Assembly (NCBI GenBank): GCA_965202585.1 | Contig: OZ241834.1 | Span: forward strand, 31,868,001 to 31,932,000 | Reading direction: 5' to 3' | Source of the DNA: Thalia democratica | Lineage: Eukaryota | Length of the DNA: 64,000 nt | Shown: positions 12,897-26,800 of the stretch, one piece after another | Numbering within the stretch: position 1 is the first letter of the stretch | How the letters are laid out: each line of letters opens with the position of its first letter | Notes under the pieces: generated by a model | What the model was told of the DNA's origin: nothing | The model's database searches: none | Seen by the model: the letters and a program-made list of their open reading frames with translations, nothing else | Position numbers and translations under genes: made by a program

Positions 12897-13682
12897 ATGG
12901 ATTCCAGTTCTAAGGAAAATCTACTTCCAATTAATGGTGACAAACCAAGTTTTGAACAACCTAACACAATAATAGAGTCAACTTCACCTGCCATTGACAA
13001 CTTTGAGTATGAGGAGTTTACTGGTGGTAGAAACGGAAGAACGTGCCCCACCTGTCACGGAAGCGGCAGAATATCAAAGGACCATGAGTCAAACGCAGTG
13101 GCAGTGATACCTTACACAGATGACCGGTTAAATCCTTCAAAAACAAAACAGTACGTACTTTTGGCAGTGGTTGTGTGCCTCATTTTGTCAGGATTAAGTC
13201 TGTTTTTTGTTCTTCCACGCTCAACCTCTCTCAGTGACACGCACATAACCAATACTTCCATACTCATACCAGATGAAGAAAATACAGCATATATAAATGT
13301 CACGCACAAGTTCAAAGTTACCAATTACAACTACTTCAGTGTGAAGTTAGTCAACATATCTGTTGAAGCCACGTTTGACTACAAGAAAATATTAGTCGGC
13401 AAGGGTTACTTGCAGTCTCAAGTAAACATTTCCCCACTGAGCAGCCAAATAGTTTCAGTAATGGTTCCAACTATTATGTCCATGGAGAACAACCTTGGGT
13501 TTGTAGCCTTTTATTGTAAGGAATTCGGCTACAGGTTTGCATTGCTCTTAGATGTTCTAATGGAATCTACTTATTTGAATCACAAAGAGGAGAATTCATT
13601 GGAGTCCTACGTCTCCATTGATTGTGGAACTAGGTATTTTGTGCAAAATAAGGGTCAAAACGCTACATATCTTGTAGATTAA
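12897..13682 (+). CDS. TMEM106B: TMEM106 family (TMEM106B-like) type II lysosomal membrane protein, 261 aa, intronless
   Basis: Single ORF: YEEFTG...TCPTCHGSGRI motif, AVIPYTDDRLNPSKTKQYV, TM helix, LEA-2-like luminal domain with NxS/T sites. Confidence 0.93.
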   Translation: MDSSSKENLLPINGDKPSFEQPNTIIESTSPAIDNFEYEEFTGGRNGRTCPTCHGSGRISKDHESNAVAVIPYTDDRLNPSKTKQYVLLAVVVCLILSGLSLFFVLPRSTSLSDTHITNTSILIPDEENTAYINVTHKFKVTNYNYFSVKLVNISVEATFDYKKILVGKGYLQSQVNISPLSSQIVSVMVPTIMSMENNLGFVAFYCKEFGYRFALLLDVLMESTYLNHKEENSLESYVSIDCGTRYFVQNKGQNATYLVD

Positions 13683-15021
13683 GTTGTCATATTTGTTAAC
13701 TTGAATTCTCTGAAGTTGTACTATTAAAATTACTGTATCTAAAAACCTAGTTTGCAAATGGTTTTTAAGTCTAAATTTTCCCCTGTTTTATTATTTTAAA
13801 TTTATTATAAATATCCAAAGTTTACATCTAATTATTTGCAATAATATTTAATACTACTAACAAAATATATTTGGTGTTTTTTCTATTTCTTTGCTATTTC
13901 CTACAACATAATTGCAATCATTTTAGTGTGTGTCTGTTGAAAAATATAACAAATTCAAGCTTAGTTTTTTTAAAATAAGTTAACTATTGCATATTCAAAA
14001 CAGATTTTATTCTTTTTTAATTTACTAGAATTATGACTAAGCTATTATATTATACTTGAAAAATATGGACAAGTAATTTTGAATAAAAATTTTAGTTTTT
14101 GTTTGCAAATATGTTAAAATTTTAAAATTATTATTTTTTAAACAATTAATGTTTGAAATTTTGTTACTCGGGTATTTTGTACAGTACTCAAAAACATGTT
14201 TGTAAGAAAGTTCAGTTTTTTTAAGTATGTATTTCACTCAGAACTTATATAATTCAAAGACCTTTACAGTTCTCTATTTATTCAAATTTATAAATTTAGC
14301 TTTGTTTATGAAGCATTATTTATACAATTTAAGGCAATAAACGTATAGTTTTTACTCTGATTTTAAGTTTTGAGTTTAGTTTTGATTAATTAATCTAAAA
14401 GAGGCTTTCAATATTGATTATTATTTAAAAAAAGTTTATACTGTTTTAAATCAAATTACTATATTATTTTACTCAATGTTTGAAGAGTGTTAGATTCTAA
14501 AGTGCTTTCATTTAAAACATGATTCTTTAAAATAAAATAAGTTTTGTTATTTTAATAAAGTTTTCACTGATGTAACAGATAATGTTAAGATATAATATAA
14601 TGTGTTAATTTCATTAACTTTTACTGTGAGGAATTTTCATTGAAGTATTCACTTTTTTTCAGGTTTTTATCAATAAAAAAATCTCTAGTTAAATTTGGTC
14701 AGTTGGTTTTGATGTTTACATATCATTTCAACTTGTCATTCTGACTAATAAGGTTACAGAAAATCTTACTAGTATTAAAAAAGTTAGTTTCACATTGTGA
14801 ATGTGGTAATTACCTAGAATGGTGTTGCATCGATATCAAGCTGAAATTATACAATGTTTGATGTATTTTAAACATAATTTTAGATTGAAAATACAATGAA
14901 TTTTTTATATGTAATATGATATTATAAAATTTATTATCTGAAAGTTTATCTTTAATTTGACTTTAAAATAATTTCAGAAGTATCTAGTAAAACTTTGTAG
15001 TTTTGCTTATAAACATATAAT

Positions 15022-16241
15022 CAGGGTTCGTGCGCGTCAGGCTAAGTCAGGCTAAATCAGTTTTTTTTTTAAATAGTTAAAAAACGTCAGGCTAAATCAG
15101 TTTTTTATTTAAAAATTTGAGAATCTCAGTTTTTATCAGTTCAAATGCTTGAATATTTTTGATTAAAAAAATTGAGAAAGATCAAATTGAAATGTAAATT
15201 TATTTCTAAATAAAGATTTACTTATTAAAGACAAAATCAGTCAGTATTTGTAAAAGTAAATGCTTAAAACCTTTTGTTGAATCTCTAAAAAAAATTTAAG
15301 AATCTTCATTAATATGTTTTGAGTAGATTATATACGTCATGGTTATGACAAATCATATAAAAAATACAGTTTAAATATTACAGTTTAGTTCTACAACTTG
15401 GCTGTTTGTTCGAATTTGTTTACATCAGCTATGTTTTTCAGAGCTTAGTTGGTTGAACTGTTTTAATTTCTAATTTAAAGGCTTTATACCAAATACTTTT
15501 TAGATTAAAACTGTTAGCAGTTATTCATATATTTTACTGATTGTTTAAAGTTATTAGAGATATTCTCAACACTAAAACTTAGCTTTAAGATATAAGTACT
15601 AAATTTTGTGGGAGTATAAATTTTAGGTACAATCCATTTTTCTTTACAAGAACAAAATATTAAGGGTTTTTTTTAATTTAAGTGTCAGCTTTTTAAATCT
15701 GATACAACGTCAACAATCACTGTATTTATTTAGAGTTTAGGATTTATAATTATGTATCAATTTTAATACTCGTGTTATTTTAGCGTTTCATTTTAAATTT
15801 TAATAAAACACGACAATGCTCATCTTTTTTTTAAATCTTCTGGTTATAATGTTTTTACTTAGTGTAATTAAAATGAACAATTGTGTTTAGTAATATATTT
15901 TAAATTGTTAAACTAGAACTTTATTAGATATAACACTTATTTTAAAACTTATCAATTGAATTTGTTATGTTAAGGGTATAGGAGGGGGGTCAATCACCTT
16001 TTTACAATTTAGTCTTATTTTAATGAGTTGTAACTAAGCTATGACTTGCTTTTTTCAGATTTTTAAAGCTCAAAATATTTTTGAGATAAAGCTGGTTGAA
16101 GTCGAATACTACAATAGTACTAATCAAGACCCACCAATACCTAAAATGACTTTTAAAGGGGATTTTTCTCATTTTGAAAAAAATGTCAGGCTAAATTGGT
16201 CTCAGTCAGGCTAAATAAAAAATTTTAACGCATTAACCCTG
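15022..16241. mobile_element. Non-autonomous DNA transposon, CAGGGTT termini, apparent 6-bp TSD
   Basis: TIR cagggttcgtgcg / cgcattaaccctg; subterminal gtcaggctaa repeats at both ends; flanks tataat|...|tataat. Confidence 0.75.
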
Positions 16242-17147
16242 TATAATATATAATTACTTTATCTTACTTAAAAGTAAATTTATTTATGTGATTATATAGC
16301 TTGATTAAAACAAAAAATCATCTCAGACTAACATACTATGCTAAAAACATAGAATTTAACCTAAAATTATTGTTAAAAAGACATCAAGTATAACATAATT
16401 TTAGCTTGATATTGGTGGGACATCATTCTAGGTAATTACTGTGAATTTTTGTAACAGCTACTAGGAACTTTTCACAGTTTAATATCAATTACAAAGTAGC
16501 TTAAAAAATTAATTGGTTTGATTTTTTTGTCTTTTTAAAAGTTAAAACTAAAGGGATATATAAGAAATATCTAAGTTTTATTAAAGTTTTGGGTAATCAT
16601 TTTTAGTTTTTGACTGTTTAGTTTCTAAACTATTCAAGTCTAGTAAATTTTTCTTTTTATTTATTCAAGTTATATAAGAAATACTTACTTTTTATTTAAG
16701 TTCTTAGTTAAAAAATACTTGTAAACTTATAAGCTGAATAGATTTTTACAATACAAAAATTGCTCTATATGCACTTTTACAAAAAAGTTATAAGTTACCC
16801 ACTTGAAAATTCCAACCTGTTATTTATTTTAAATTATTTCAGAAAAATTTCTGTAAATTTTGAGGTTTCTAAAAATTTAAATGGTTAATATTCAAAATGA
16901 ATTTTCAGTAAAGTAAATTATGAAATATTTATGGTCATTTGTGTTAGAAAATTTTTACTAAAATGAATTAAATCTTAAAAGCTAATTTATTAACCAATTT
17001 TTGTTATTGTTAATAAATGTACCTACTCCCATTAATAATTTATAAAAAGACAGGAAAACAAAAGTTTTACCTATTTTTGTTCAGTAATAAAACTTTGCTT
17101 GATATTAAATGTACTAGTAAAATGTTGTCACTTTTTGTTTCTAAAGT

Positions 17148-18100
17148 ACGGGTTGGCCACTTAAAGTGGAATCCTCAAAACCTGAAATTTGGCAATTTAG
17201 GCTAAAAAACCTGGAATGTCAAATAATTTTTATATGTTAAGTAGTAAAATTTTGATTTGAATCAAAAAATTTATGGTATAGATAAAAATTACTTTTTAAA
17301 AAAACACATTTAAAATAGTTTCACAGTATCTTTTTAGTAAATGTTGTTTTACTATTTAACACATTTTTTTACTTAAAGCTTAATTTTAACTAAAAATAGA
17401 CCCACAAACATGTACTTTAAAAAACTTAGAAGAAATTTTTAAAAAACTAGTGGACACTAGGGTGCATCTGTTGCCCCTCAAAAATGAAAATTTTGGAATT
17501 TTGCTTGTTAAAACTTTATGATGTTGGAAAGTTTCAGAAATAGTCAGCACAAAAAAATAGCTTCCTAGCTTTAAGCATGTTTGAGTAAATTATTTTAAAA
17601 ATTTTTGCTCTATTCGGGTATATTTAAAAGGGGGAAAAATGACTATTTCACTAAAAATTTATTTTCTCCTATGTTTTTGAGATAATTACCCGGATAGGAA
17701 ATGTTTCTTGCCATATTTAGAAAATTCTTTATTAACAAAGTTAAAATAAAATTATGCAAAAATAACAAAAAAAATTGGTTATTATTTTTTTTTATTAATT
17801 TATTTTTTAAACTTTGTTTTCAGAATTTTATAATTATGGCATGGAACATTTTCTAACCGTTTCAAGTAATTATCTCAAAAAGCGTAGGATAGAAAAGTTT
17901 TTAGTGAAATAGTCTAGTTTATACTTTTTAAATATGCTTATATAAATCAAAGTTTTCAAAAATAATTTGCTTCAACAGGCTTAAAGCTAGGAAGCTAAAT
18001 ATTTTTGTTCTGTCTCTTTATGTGATTCCTGAACGTCAATAAACTTCACTAAGCAAAATTCCAAGGTTGAAGCAACAGAAGCACCCTAATGGACACCCTA
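17148..18100. mobile_element. CAGGGT(T)GCCAC-family non-autonomous element, interrupted near its right TIR by a hAT foldback
   Basis: Body aligns with 30389-30770 (aacacatttaaa, cagtatcttt, ctaaaaatagaccc); flanked by taaagt(a) on both sides. Confidence 0.7.
17458..18088. mobile_element. hAT foldback MITE (TAGGGTG termini), nested
   Basis: TIR tagggtgcatctgttgc / gcaacagaagcacccta; 8-bp TSD gtggacac/atggacac; long imperfect inverted arms (gcttcctagctttaag / cttaaagctaggaagc). Confidence 0.85.
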
Positions 18101-18837
18101 TAAAGTATTTTTTTCTTGTAAGGGTATTGGGGGGAAATATAACACTTTTTTTTGAAGTTTAGTTTTATTTTTTATATAAATAGTTAAGCTATCAGTTACT
18201 TTTGACCACTTTTTAAACTTCAAGTAAAAATTGAGATAAAAGAAATCAAAGATAGAGGATTTAATAGGTTCTTTATGGGAGGTGCAAGCTAAAAAGGTGA
18301 AATTTGACTATTTTACTAAAAATCTATCTTATCCTTCAGTTTTTAAGCAATCGTTTTAAAAATTTTCAGCATTTTTTTTAATAAGTTTTTAGCAAACATT
18401 AGGAAACAGATTTTTAAATTTTTTAAAAGTTTTATTATAAACGGCTTCCTATATATTTTTTAAGTTCAAAAAAAAACATTTACTGAAAGTTTAAACTAAG
18501 TTGATTTAATAATCAAGAAGAAGATATGCTTTTAGTGGATTTTTCAAAATTTTGAGAAAATTGTTTTTGAATTTCTTAAATTTGTCTGGTTGTATTAGAT
18601 TTTTAGAAATTTTTTTGCAAGAGATTTTTAAGTATTTAGATTACAGATTTTAATTATTTTTTGGTAATAAAAATTTTATTTTGATTATTCTAAAAAGTTT
18701 TTTATGCCTAAAATTCAAAATTGTATCACCCCTTTACCCCTTACCATGCCCCCGACTTAATACAATTGACCTTTTGAGAAATAATGATTTAAACTTACAA
18801 ATTAGCTTAAATTGATAAAAGTAACTTACCCCCTATG

Positions 18838-19566
18838 CAGGGTTGCCTCACACTCCAAATAACTTAAATATATATTTTTTTAATCTCAAAATAACTCAGG
18901 ATATTATGATTTTTGAACTCAGGCTTACTCTGGGTAGTTTTATTTTTTATAAAAAACTCGCTGAGTTGTAAGATTTAAAAAAATCTCTGGTAATAGTTGA
19001 TCCAGTTTCAATATTTTGTTATTTTGTATAATCAATTTTATTCAACAACTTGAAATTTATAGGCTTTGAAATGCTTATTTTTTTTTAGCCTTACGGCTAA
19101 CTCTTTACTACTCTTAAAAATAGTATTTTAGATTTTGTTTTAAATAATATTTATCACAATTTTATGGTAAACAGAAACAGTTAAGGGATATTAAAGTTGA
19201 ACTATGCATTATAAAGTTTTAATAAACTTTCTTAATTAAGTTTTTTTAAGTTTAATAAAATTTTATTTTATATGTGTACTTAAGTCACAGATAATCTATC
19301 AAAACTTTTAAATACTTATTTTCAACAAAGTGAAAAAGTTTAAAGTTAAACTAGTGTTGTTTTACTTTAGCTTTTGAGATTAAAGTTTTATTTGTAGATT
19401 TAAGAAAATATTTCTTATTTTATTAATATTTTTTATTTCTAGAAGAAATTTAACATGAGTTATAAGTAGTTTGTGCTAGAGGCAAAAAACTTTTTTAGAG
19501 GAATTGAAAAACCCAAGATGAATAAGGGTAGTCAAAATTTTTTATACTCTAAGAGTGGCAACTCTG
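18838..19566. mobile_element. CAGGGTTGCC-family non-autonomous element (degenerate)
   Basis: Ends cagggttgcc / gtggcaactctg; flanks cctatg/cgtatg (5/6). Confidence 0.55.
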
Positions 19567-20755
19567 CGTATGAACTCAAATTTCAGATGACATTGATTCT
19601 TAAAAGATAGTTTTTTATTTAGTCAAATAAAATAATATTATTTTCTTAAATTTTTTTATGTAATTAATCCTTAAGTTTACCTTTTTAGTAAGAAACCTTT
19701 TTATATTTTAAATTACTTAAATTTAAATTTAGTTGTTTTTTTAAAGCTTTTAGAAACAATAGAATTTAAAATCTTTCAGTTGTATTGTAAATTTTAAGTA
19801 TATAATTTTTAAAATACTTGTTTTTTTATTTTTTTGAAGTTTTATTGGACACCATAGGGGGAACCCTTTTTTCGTTTTTCTTTAGTTATTCTTTATTTTA
19901 GTTTCAGAAACTTTTTAAATTTGAAAAAATGAGATATAAGCTGTCACAGTTTCTAACTTCAATAAGTTACTTATGAAAGGCTTGATTTTGTTTCAATGTT
20001 TTTTCAACTTTGTGTTTATCCATTCCAGGGTAGCAACACACTCAGGAAATTGATAAATAAAAAGGATTAGGCCAACCCTGACTATTTAACTCAAACTTTC
20101 ACTTTAATATGCTGTAAAGCTAATAAAACTTGATAAATTAAAAGTTTGTAATAGTAATGTTTTGGTAAAATTCAATTGTACAGTAAAGTTTATGACTTTA
20201 ATTTGTTTTTTACTTTTTGTTATTTATACTAAAATACACAGTTTACTTAAATATACAGTAACAAAACAGTAAGTTTTACAAATTGAAATACTGTTTACTT
20301 GCAACATTTCAAAAATAAAAATAAATGAATTGTTGAAAGAAATAATGAGCAACGTTTTAAAATAAAACAGATTTATCAGTTTTTTGAAGTTAATATAAAT
20401 GTTCTGGTTTAAATCAATAAATTTTGTAAAAAATAATTTTAAAGGTTAAAAAATGTTAAGTTATAATAATGCTGTATTTTTTAAAGCGGTGCATATATTG
20501 AATTCGAATTAGAAATAGTTTTTAGTGTATATTGCAAAATTTTCTTAACTTTTTGATTGAAAAGAAATACTTACTAAGAATTTGTTTAAACTTGCTAAAC
20601 TTTTTAAAACCTAAACTTTTGTTGTATAATATTTATTAACTTTTATATTATCTTATAAAATTTTTTCTAGTAGTTATATTTAAAACACATATTTAAAATT
20701 GAAGATTAATTTTGATAAGTAATTTTGTATATCTCTATTTACAGATTTATATAAA

Positions 20756-20861
20756 ATGTTGAGGCTAACACCAAGGTATTTGAAAAATGCAGAATCATCA
20801 GCAAAACTTTTCAACTTATTTTCCACCACTGAGCCTGCTCAGAATTTGACTGAAGCAAAAG
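20756..20861 (+). CDS. MRPS35: MRPS35 coding exon 1 (mitochondrial presequence-like)
   Basis: MLRLTPRYLKNAESSAKLFNLFSTT...; acceptor tttacag 11 nt upstream of the ATG implies an upstream UTR exon or a trans-splice site; donor G|gtaaac. Confidence 0.8.
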
Positions 20862-23800
20862 GTAAACTAATAAATACACCTTGTAATATCTAAAATTTTC
20901 TATATACTATATATTTTTTTTGTTTTATACCTTTTTTATTTTAAAAATCTAAAAGCATATAACTGAATTTGAAAAATGTTTTTACTGACATTCAAACAGT
21001 AGAACCACACGAGGAAAACAAAAAAATACCAAAGCCGTTTTTGGACCCTGAACTGCAGGACATCCGGAAATCATCGGAACTCCGCTACATCATTGAGGAG
21101 GAACTGTTTCGTCACAATGGGATGACTGACGATGACGCCAGAAACTTTTCGGATCACTACCCTTCCCCTCAGCCCTTCGACCCCTACAAGACCCCCTTCC
21201 CTGTCAGGTGGCGATTTTAAACAAAAAGTAGTAATTTTATTTTCAGTAAATAATAAACATTATGCATTCATATGATGTCAGCTTGAGTTTTTGAGTTTAG
21301 ATTTGTGTTTAGTTTCTGTTTTAATTTTGTCTTTTTTATCAAGTTTTAACAAGACCCCCTTCCCTTTCAGATAGAATTGAAAAATATTTGTAAAATTAAA
21401 ACTAAATATTAATGATGTTATTCATACTTAGTAGTTGATGTTATGAGGTCACATGATTTCAGTTTGAAGTTTTGTATGGGTTGTAAAATTGATTTGGTGC
21501 TTAATTTCTGTTTTTTATTTTGTGTTTTTCGACAAGTTTAAGGACAAAACCATGTATTGAAAATACATTGTTTTATTAATTTTTCTTACACAAGAATTTG
21601 GATAAGCTGTTTATTTTACAGTTATTTTGGGATAAGTCTACGTTTTTTTAATGTAAAAGCCTGCCAAAATAGTTTAAAAAATATCTAAAATGCGTAAATG
21701 CAGAACTTCTTATTAATACTTTTAACAATTGAAATAAAGTTTTGAATAATTATGTTAAGCTAAAGTTAATTCAAAGTTTTATTAAAAAAAATGTTTTATA
21801 TTTATGAACAAGCCATAAGTGCAAATATATATTTGAATATCTAAACAATGTACCTCAAAACATTATAAAAGACAACAAAATATTACTTAATTATAAACTT
21901 TTCCTTAATTTATATAAAACAAGTCCTGTCCAAGCATAATATCAGTCTTAAAACCCATTTAAAATATCAGTCTGTTTTGAGGCAGATTTACTAATTTAAG
22001 CCTACTTAAGCTAATAATTTACAAATATTTATCACAGGATGGGGAAGAAGTTGAACTTGTGCGTCCAACCGGACAAGTTCGCGAGCACCGAGTTCCTGAA
22101 GGTTCAAAACTTCCTTCACGCACCACCGCCCACCGTCAAGAAACAGTGCGATGCCATTAAAGGTTTGTTTATGTAGTTTTATAAGTCACGCAGACTTGCA
22201 TAAAAAAAATTTGTTCTTTGATCATCATTTTATTTAAAAAATAAAACTCATTAGAATTTTATCCCCTCCTAGATTTATTTTGCTCGTGACCTCAAATTTT
22301 AAGAAAGCGGTCTTAAAATACATAGAAATTTATGTGATACAAGATTTTGAAATATTATCACTTATCTATCGAAAAACAGGATTCACAAAAGTTTTTTGTA
22401 AGTCAATATAAAAATTGAATTAGAAAAAACAGAAAATTAAAAGGAGATAGCTTAAAATATGTTTTTAATGTTGTGAATTATGTTGATGATTGAAATATCG
22501 AATATTAAAATATTTTTTTTAAACAGTCTACTTTCGCCTTTGTAGCTTGCACCTTCATGCAGTAGCTGTTTACCTATCAAACTATGATCCCTTAAATAGC
22601 AAAAGCTACAAAAAGCTTAGTTAAGCTGTAAGAAGTAGTATTAAAGTTATGTGAAAACCAAGATTAACCCATCTGTGGTTTTAAAATAACTATATATTTA
22701 TTGTTTTTTGAATTAACATAGCTCAAATTTTAAATATATATTTTTTGTAACTATATGATAATAATATATGTGATAGTTAGTCCTCATATAAAAATAAAAT
22801 TTGACATTTTTTTCTACACTGCTAAAACCGCATTGTGGGTTGCAACTTTTTTGTAAGTAACTTTCTAAAACTAAATTCATAACATACCAGTGGCGTCGCG
22901 TGGTATATTTTTTAGGTGGTGCAGAATTTAAAAAAAATCCCCTACTTTAAAACTTTTTTTTATCTTAAATAAAGACTTTTTTCTATAACAATTACAATAA
23001 ATTGCTATAAATTTAAAAGACTCAAAAAATGTTAACTTACTTATGAGTATTAATTTTTAAGAAGGCTTTAAAGTTTTAACTAACAGTAGAAAAAATTTAG
23101 ACAAATCAAATTTTTATTATATTGAAAAATACAGCAACTTTATTAGTTCTTTTTTTTGACTCAACTTTATTTAAAAAATATTTGATTAAACATCATACTA
23201 AGAATGGTTATGTTACTAATGTTTGATTTAACAAAATAATAAATGTCTTATTAGACTTGACAAGAAAATTAAAAAGTCTACAAACAAAACAAAAAATGTT
23301 TTGTACAAACTGCAAGTTTATTTTAAGTAAAATTTATTTTACTAAGTAGAAAATAATTGCTTATTTATTGCTAAATATTGAAAAAATAAACGAGTATTAA
23401 CTTATAACTAATTAAAACTGTTGATGTTTGAAAAAAAAAAGCTTGACTACTAAGTTGAAAACACAAAAGTAAAATAAGCAAGCTCATAAATATCAATTAT
23501 TACGAAGTCTCTAACTTACAAGTCAGAATTTAGATTAAACAGACTAATATTATAATAAGAAAATACAGCAAATGCAACAATATTTCTCTTAGCCTCAACT
23601 TTAGTTTAAAAATATTGGATTAATTAAATATCAAACTATTTATATTAGTTTTACTAATATTTAATTAAAAAAACCTATTTATACTTGGCAAGTAAATTAA
23701 AAAGTCTACAAACAAATAAAACGTTGTGTACAAATTGAATTTTTTTTAAAGAATAACTTACATTACTCAGTAAAGAAATTTTAAAGAATTTAAAAATACA

Positions 23801-26800
23801 ATTAAGATAAAAAAAAAGTTTGACTAAGTAAAAAACTCAGAAGTAAAACAAGCAAACTAAATAATATTAAGTTTTACAAAGGCTCTAAAGTTAAAACTTA
23901 AAGTAGCTTACAGTTTAGATATAACAAACTTATATTTTAATAGAAAACACAGCAAGTATAATAATATTTCATTTTAGCTTCAACTTTACTTGAAAAATAT
24001 TGGATTAAATACCAAACTAAAAATAATATTTTTACCTATTTTTAACTCAACAAAAAAGGAATGCATAATGAAGCTTGGCAATTAAATTAAAAAGTCTACA
24101 AACAAAGAAAACCTTATGTAGAAATTATAACTTTTTAAAGAAAAACTAAACTTGCTTAGTACAGAAAATGGTTACTACTGAATAAAAACCTAAAAATTAA
24201 TCTGAAGTTCTAACTTTGCAAACATAAACACTTAAACTCTTACTTTTCACCTTTGTAACTATAGTTCATTCTTCTCTCCTTTTGGTTGATAAACTTCTCC
24301 ATCACCTCTTCCTTGAAATTAGTACAGTTTTTAAGAAGTCCCTACCAATTGAAATTACACTTAAAGAATTTAACCTTGACTGACCCATGGTGTTTCTCAA
24401 AAATGTTTTGATCCTTTTCAAAGATGAAAATGTTCTTTCAGCTTCTACACTAGTCATGGGAATAGTTATCAGAATTCTAAGAAGCTTTACAGTCTAGTTA
24501 AATATTTTAGTCAGGTTATGTTCTTCAAGATATAACAATATTTTCACTAAAACATCCTGATGCGTTTCTGTACGTGAATAAAATGTTTTCAGTTCTCGTT
24601 CTAACTGTTTACATTCAACTACAGGATAACACTTCTTCACTGTTTCTATAAACTTTAAAAGAAAACAAGATTTATAAACAGTAAAGTATTTTGCCAAAAA
24701 TAACTGCGAAATTCTTAAATGGCATGAAAACTTGAACCTTTCAGTGATGTTGAAGCTGACACTATCACAGACTTCTTTTGCTGAAGAAGAAAGGCTTTTT
24801 TTTAACATTCTCTGTACTACTTGAACTGCAGCTTGAAATGTTTCCAAATGTTGTTTAACTTTTTGAACAGTTAAGTCTGTGCATTGCATGATGTTATACA
24901 AAACTTCAACTGCAGGCATAATTTCCTCTGTTAACTCTGACAATTGGCATGATTTAAGCTTAGAAACTGTCCAATTTACTTGACTAGTATTTTTCTGCAT
25001 TTTCCTAGTTATAAAATCTATAAAAATAGCATTTACCTTTTTCAACAAAAATTTGTTTTAGCTATACAGAGTAAACTAATAAACAGTTTCAATATTAAAA
25101 AAAAAGCAAGGTTGTCACTCTGAAAACAAGGTTGCCACTCTTTGAGTCAAAAAACTGTCCTGAGTGACCTTGAGTTGGGATGAAACACTTTTTTCACAAC
25201 TTGATCTTATTTTATGTAGTTTTTACCAAGCTACAAGATGTTTTTTACAGATTTAAAAAATTTAAAATATTTTTTTAGATGGTCAAAGTTGAAGGCAACA
25301 AAAGGTTCCTTATGGGAGGCACAAATTAAAAAAGGGTTAAAAATGTTTCTTTAGATGTTTCTTTTATAAAACAAAACAATTTGCTAAAATAGAAATCCAA
25401 AACACTACGAAAAAAAAAGTTATAACAAAAGTAATTTTTTTTTGTATATATAAAAATATATATTGATACTTTAAAATTTAAAACTTCTCTTCAACAAAAG
25501 TAAAAAAATTTTATAAAAAGTAGGATGAAAAAGTTTGATAAAAATTGCTTTAAAAATTATGGAGCATATAGGTTTTCAGTAAAATTGTATTTTTTTGCTG
25601 TTTTGGTTTGCTCCTTGTATAATAAATCATTGTACTCTCTGGCTTTGACCGGTTGTATCTAAAAGTTTAATTGGAAATTTCAAGTTTATTAAAGAGTAAC
25701 TATTAGCTTTCTGAAAAAGTTAAAATAAGAACAACATAAAAAAAAGAGCCTATACACCCCCCCCCCCCTTACCCCTTACTATTTTGCACAATTTTTTTTT
25801 ACATACATTAAGATTTTTATTAATCTTTTTTCTAAATTTAATATTTTTTTGTTGGAGATTAAAAATTCAATAATTCTTTAAGGGTATGTTTTCTTTATTT
25901 AAATTTAAATTGTTTTTCATTTTGATGACAGTATTTTTATCAGGAGCTCAACTTTTTTAAGTTTGGTTGGTGAGGCTGTTGACTTTTCAATAAATTTAAA
26001 GATAAATTATAAATATGTAACCATTATAGCAGTAAAAAAATGGTTAGTTAGTTTTCATGTGGCCATAGGGTAAAACACTTATTTTTTAATTTTAAATAAG
26101 CTTGTTATTTTCAGAGTAAAAAACTAAAACTGCTTTAGTCAGCCTGAATATTTTTCTAATTTGGCCTGTTTTAATTTATCTTGGGTCATCTTGAAGTTTT
26201 TTTTAATTTCTAAGTAATCCTGATTATGAGGCAAGGCAACCATGTTTCAACAATTTTATCTAAAATTTTTGCTTTGTTTATGAAAAAATTAAACCAAAAG
26301 TCATATAAAGTAGACTAAATTTTCCTAAAATGTTAAACTACTCTAAGTAATCAAAGTTTCTAAGTTAGGTCTATTTACTTTATTTAAATATGTGACTGTT
26401 TCAATAATACTAATTTTTATTTAATATAAATCTATATTATTTTTCTGTATGAGTAAACTAGAAGTTTATCATAAACTTCTTAACATTTTTTTCAGAACTC
26501 AAATTTTACATTTAAATATAATTTAATTAAACATTTTATTAACTTTATGATAACAATAATTAGTTATAGTTAAGGTTATGTATGCAGATTAAAATAAAAA
26601 ATAAAATTTTTAAGACTTTGGTGATTTAGGTTTTTTATCTATTTTTTTCAAAATATGTAATTTATGACAAGTTTTGCTCTTTTATTGTTTCGTTTTAATC
26701 GAAGTGATCTCTTAAATTTAAAATATCATGTGGGTATATAAACTTAAGTTTGCACTTTGCAGTAGCTTAGCTTTGTTTTTAATTTATGTTTACAATAGCT

